Origin: Trichodelitschia bisporula
Taxonomy: Eukaryota
Direction: 5' to 3'
DNA: 64,000 nucleotides
Assembly: GCA_010356995.1 (NCBI GenBank)
Contig: ML996696.1
Span: 498,364 to 562,363 of the forward strand
Under the pieces are notes generated by a model. The model worked only from the letters and a program-made list of their open reading frames with translations. It did not search any database and was not told the origin of the DNA. This document shows, piece by piece, positions 59,107 through 64,000 of the stretch (within the stretch, counting starts at the first letter, position 1; each line of letters opens with the position of its first letter). Both the position numbers and the translations under genes were made by a program.

Positions 59107-62100
59107 CTAACCGAGCAGCAGCTTTTGCCCCTTCCGATTAGTCTCATCACTGCCCGTCTTGCTAACAGTGCACCATTTGTCGCGCACACTGGTCACCTCG
59201 TATGTTCCCTCTTCGCTCGCCTTAACCGAGTGGCTGAATTCGCTGGTTCGCTCTGTGCGCGTCTCTAGCACAGCCGCCTTGCGACCCCTCTTCGCGTTCT
59301 CGCTCCGGGTGTACGTGAACTCGAAAGGCGGTGTACCGGTAAACTCGAACAGGATCTCGGCCTCGCCGCCCTCGTGGATGTCGACGACGGTTTCGCGGCC
59401 CTTGCTGATCCGCACAGAGGGGAGCGGATGGATGTTCTTCGTGATCTCCACAGAGGCCTTGCAGTCGCTCGCCGCGTCCGACACCCCGGTGATGGTAAAT
59501 ACACCAGGGGATTCTGCCATACGACGGAAAGTGTTTCCAGCGGAGGTTGCTTTGCGATCTGCACCTCGGAAGGTGTAAAAGACGGAGAATGCGGGTGCAC
59601 CCGTGAGGCGGAAGGACAGGCGCTCGCCAACGCAGAAGTCCAGCTTTGAGTCCATTGGCGCGATTGTCGGCGCATCGTGGACAGAGATTTGCACGCGAGG
59701 GGTAATAGCGGGGTCCAGTTTGTTTTGACAGCCGCGAGAGTCGCGCACCTTACGGATAGAAAGATGAGAATGGCCTTGATGGAGGTACCGGTGAGGAATG
59801 CGCAGGCTGTGTGCGTTGTTGGGGATATTCGGGAAATTGAGAACATCGGGCTTGGGCGTCCCGGCGTGCTTAAGCTCGACCTCAAGGTAGAAGGGCGGCA
59901 CGCCGGTAAAGGTTACTGGAACGATCTCATCGGCGGACTCTTCGACAGTACAGAAGCTGTAGATCTTGCCGGGGTTGCTGAAGCGGGCAGATGGCCTCGG
60001 GTTGACGCGCTGTTGAACTACGACTGCCTTTGAGCGTTTGGGATCGCTGTCGTAGTTGCTATCCGAAACCTCGGAGAACCTGTACTCGTACGTGCCAGCC
60101 TTGGTGGTTTCCAGCTGAATGGATGCCACGCCAAGAGCAGCGCTGACTTGCTTCTTCCGCAGTGACTTGGAGCCCTGGTCTGGTTTGGCATGTTCCTCGT
60201 ACTTCAGTTCGAAGGGAGGAGAACCTAGAAGAGTCAGAAACATCTCTAGCGACAGATATTCAACATACCATTGAAAGCGAGCTCGAGATAGTCCTCGTCA
60301 CCCTCGCAAACCTCCTTCTTGGTGAACTTCCCATGAGCCAACTCAAGCGTAGGAGTCTCCGAGAGAACAAGCTCCGGGCGCTTAATCCAGTTGACCGTGA
60401 AGCGGTTTGCGTTCTCATCCACGAAGCCTGGGCAATGTACGTCTCTGACGTTGATCAGTTGATAGGTACCGCGATCGGGAACAGGCAGAACTGCGTTCGC
60501 CGAACTGGCGATGTAGCTTAGAGGACCACGGTCCGGGTCGTCGGTATTGCGATAATCGATTCGCCATGGCGCCTCACCGGTGAGACGCATAGGAATCTCG
60601 ACCCTCTTATTTTCCAGTGTACTGATGACCCGCTTTCCGTCAATCTCAGCAAAACCACCCTTCGGACGTTGATGTCGCACGGAGAATGTAAAGCCTTCTT
60701 TCAAGACCACCTCACACCCCGCAGCTTTCACGCTGGTGAGTGCAATAGTGTACTCACCGCCGCTTTCAAGCGGGTCCGTCCGGATGGTGTACAAGTCATC
60801 GACGATATTTTCGATCTTCTGGCGCTTCCTTGATCCGCTGTGCACCAGTTCATACCCAAGGGTCCATGGACCTTCTCCGAAGAATTTGACCTTGAATATG
60901 GCACGTTCGTGGATGCACAGACTTTTAGGCAGACCGGCAGGGTCAATCTTCGCTGACGCGGTTGGCTTGACGGTCTGCTCAATACGCTCAAATATCGACA
61001 ACCGGTCGTAGTACTTGTCGCTGATAACGGCAAACGTGTAGACATAGTGTCCGGCTTCTTCGGGGGTCAAAGTGACTTGACCTCTAAGCCCAGACACTTC
61101 CACTGTTTTCCAGACGGGATCCTTCCACCCCATTTTCTGTACCATGTATTTGAGCGTGAAAGGAGGGGTGCCAACAAAATCCATGTCAAGCGTTAAGCCT
61201 ACAGGGTTGCCAGCACACTTATCGGTGATATTTGTAGCTGTGATGGCGACCTCTGGCTCAGGTGGATTCTCCAACATGCAAGTCGCCGGCTCCACAACTT
61301 CGCCAGAGCAGAATTTCGTAGAGACGGATTTGAGCGAATACAGGCCGCTTTCGCTAACGTGCAGTCTGTCAAAGTTGTTCTTGAAATCATGCTTAAGCAG
61401 CTTTTGCGCCTCGGGATTGTGTTCGCCATTTTGCAAGACGGATGCTTCCGGAGTGAAGAGGTATTCGACCGTATGGGGGGTGTCTTGAATTGTGCCCTTG
61501 CCGTTGGAGTCGAACAAAATCGGAAGGCTCTTCCAATCGCCTTTCTGGACCTTGAGGGGATGCTGCTGATCGCAACCGCCTTGAGCAAACTTATTGCTGA
61601 AGTAGATTCTCGGCCTCTCGTGAACTGTAAAAACCTGAAGTACCTCGGGGAGCTTCGCCTTCGGCTTCTCAAGGTCGTCCAGATGAGTAGCATAGCTGAC
61701 CACGTTCCCAAGCACGTCCGTGACTTCTTCAATGGCATAAGACCAACGACCGCTACTAAAGAGCTGCTCGCTGACAGGCACCACCACCTTCTGTGCACGC
61801 GCCCAAGAAAAGTCAGCCTCCCCAGACTTGGTAAGCAAGGGAGATTGCTTCTTGGTGAACGGCGACACAAAGTCCTCGGGTTGAATGCTTTGAAAGGACG
61901 CTGCGACAGGATTGTCGTTAACCATCTTGCGGTACTTGACCTGCAAAGGTGGGGTACCGTAAACCTCGAGCGAGATGTCCGAAAGTTCGCCGCGGCACTT
62001 GTTCGCCGAAGCAGGCAAAACGCGAGCCTGAGGACAGGTCACAACCATCACCTCAGACGGGCGAGGCCGAACCTCGAGCTTAGACTCATCGATGATTTTC

Positions 62101-63003
62101 TGAAAGACGTAGCGCCCTGTCTTCTTGACAGGGTACCGCAGCAAAACGGGGCTGCTCGGATCGAGTGCCTTCTTGCCGCCCAACGCCTTGCTCCTCAACT
62201 TCTTAATCTCGGAGCTCTTGATTATAATTGTCTCATTTTCAGCCGTTTCGAAATCTATGCGTTCAAGCTCGATAAGCACGGGGTTCGTCTGGTTGATTTG
62301 AATTGGCAGCTCAATGGAGTACTTCGGCCCACCCAGGCAAAAGGACTCGCGATTGGGGTTGAGAAGGGCAGAACCCTCGGGCAAAATGTGGATGACTTGT
62401 TTCCCCAGAATCAGAGAAGCGGAGTCAAAGTGCGAGGCCTTCACAGGTTTCTCATCGATGGCCATTTCAGTGTCGAACAGCGCTCTAGCAGCGGCTGCGA
62501 ACCAGAAGGTGATTGGGAACTGTAGCCAGTTAGTTCCATTTCTAGGCCGGACTGACAGCACCTACGCCAATCTTGAACATGAGCATGGCATCCAAGACGG
62601 CATGAAGCACGAAGAGGACGGTCATCATGGTGGAGGACCATTCCAACCAAGGCACGCGCAACGTTGGAAGGCCAAAGAGAAAGGTGCCGTCTATCGCAAC
62701 CCATTTCATGAAGAGCCATAATGACTCCGTGTCATCGGACACCAGCCTGTAAAAGTCGGAGAACCGCCATATCCAGAGTATGGTATAGAATGAGAAGACA
62801 ATCAGGCGCTGTGACGCGGCGTCCAAGGTGTTGACGGGGATGAGCGGGGAGGAACCGGCCTTCTTCTGCGATTTGGAGGGAGCCGGGGGAAGCTTCGTGG
62901 GGAAAGGCTTCAGAGGTGTAGACACAGCTCCATTCTGTCGTGCCCCATCTCTCGACTGAGGGGTTGACGGGAACGCGGAGCGAAGGCGCGGAGTACTGTC
63001 CAT
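59107..63003 (-). CDS. POM152: Nuclear pore membrane protein Pom152
   Basis: MDSTPRLRSAFP, DAASQRL, FMKWVAID..FLFGLP, ILGKQVIHILPEGSALLNP, repeated G.PPF Ig-like units. Two introns near 62.5 kb and 60.25 kb. Confidence 0.93.
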
Positions 63004-63855
63004 CGCATCCCGTGGCGTGCAAGAACGGGGGGTTTACGAGAAATGTGTCGCGATCATGGGCGGGCGTACGCCGGCGGCAGGAGGAGATACTGCAGTGGCG
63101 AGCTCGTGGAGTGCGTGTGGGGGAGGGCCTTGTTGTGGTGTTTGTATCCTTTCTCTAGCCTGAACTTTGTTTCTTTGCAAAACGCGTTCGCCAAAAGTTG
63201 AGCATGGGTTGCGGGAGAACGCGTGACGCCCGTCTCGGCTTTTTGGGAGCCTTGGGCGATAAGGCAAAATTTACGGCTGTCGCTTGCGCCTGGGGCGTCT
63301 GGACGCCAAGCAACTTCCTGCCGGTAGAGCATACGTAAAGTTTGTGGCGCATGGTGTTGCATTCACCTCTGTCGGTGCGTCACAATAGCAACGTTTGAAA
63401 GGACTGGTGGACTACATCTGACAATGATATGCAACAGGAAGCCAATTGTGATTCCAGATGTTATAACCCGGACCTAGGATCTTATGTATGCCGAGAATCC
63501 TCATAGAATTATCGCGCCGTTGTTTCCCATCGTCGTACATACGACAGTTTATATACGTAGGTGCCTCAACTCACTAGTTCTAGTTCTACCAAACCTTCCT
63601 CTTTCATACATGCCACGATCCAAATCATCAACACAACCCCTCCTTTCTATGCGTATCGCCTGCCACCGAGTACATACATCAATACCCCCGTTTCCCCAAT
63701 CCTCTGTCAGCCCTTCGCCCACTTCAGCCCGACCCAACTGCCACCCACCTCTTTACCGTCCTTGATAACGCTTTCATTGGTATCTTCCAAAGCTACAATA
63801 TTTGCACAGAAAGGATGTGCTAATTCCTTTCAAGATTCTCCCTTGGATTTTCACC

Positions 63856-64000
63856 ATGGAAACCAAGCCTGCGCCGACAAGCGCTCTGGCAAACAATCGC
63901 GCAACTCCTCCCCGGGACGTTACGCCGGTGGAGGCCCCTGGTTCTTCGAATCCTCGGCGCAGTGGCCGGGCGCGCAAGCGGCCACCCTCCAAGGACCTCT
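63856..64000 (+). CDS. Possible 5-prime end of the next gene (partial, unknown product)
   Basis: caccATGg context; frame open to the window end (METKPAPTSALA...RRSGRARKRPP). Confidence 0.4.
   Translation, partial: METKPAPTSALANNRATPPRDVTPVEAPGSSNPRRSGRARKRPPSKDL

Noticed and set aside
61359..62525. 388-aa + strand ORF and similar long antisense ORFs (18134-18646, 27681-28220, 42205-42981, 57735-58472)
   Set aside because: Antisense shadows of real genes, with no independent motifs.
1..64000. CRISPR arrays, rRNA genes or intact mobile elements
   Set aside because: Eukaryotic sequence; no repeat-spacer arrays, rRNA signatures or transposon ORFs observed.

Overview
Intron-containing fungal DNA (filamentous ascomycete, probably Dothideomycete-like; taxon is an inference). 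The left third is part of a DHN-melanin locus: a ~9.7 kb stretch with no recognisable gene, a Cmr1/Pig1-type C2H2 + Zn2Cys6 regulator and a trihydroxynaphthalene reductase. The PKS is not in the window. The rest is gene-dense: GAR1, a full-length but disrupted RNA-dependent RNA polymerase, RPT3, MSS4, histone H1, ARP4, GUP1, a GH92 mannosidase, a divergent beta-hydroxyacid dehydrogenase / PcaC-like pair, a DUF7730-like gene, CCT7, a SEC14-like gene, an FBXO21-like F-box gene, VPS71 bracketed by two inverted near-identical tRNA-Tyr genes, and POM152. Main oddities: (1) the RdRP keeps its splice sites and catalytic DLDGD but carries three in-frame stops and one frameshift; (2) CMR1 has no in-frame AUG before its zinc fingers and has a good-context GUG behind a nearly AUG-free leader; (3) a 31-bp G-U-containing hairpin occurs upstream of CMR1, with a second, diverged copy; (4) the inverted tRNA pair; (5) the bacterial-looking two-enzyme pair. 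All calls come from reading motifs by eye; no searches were run.
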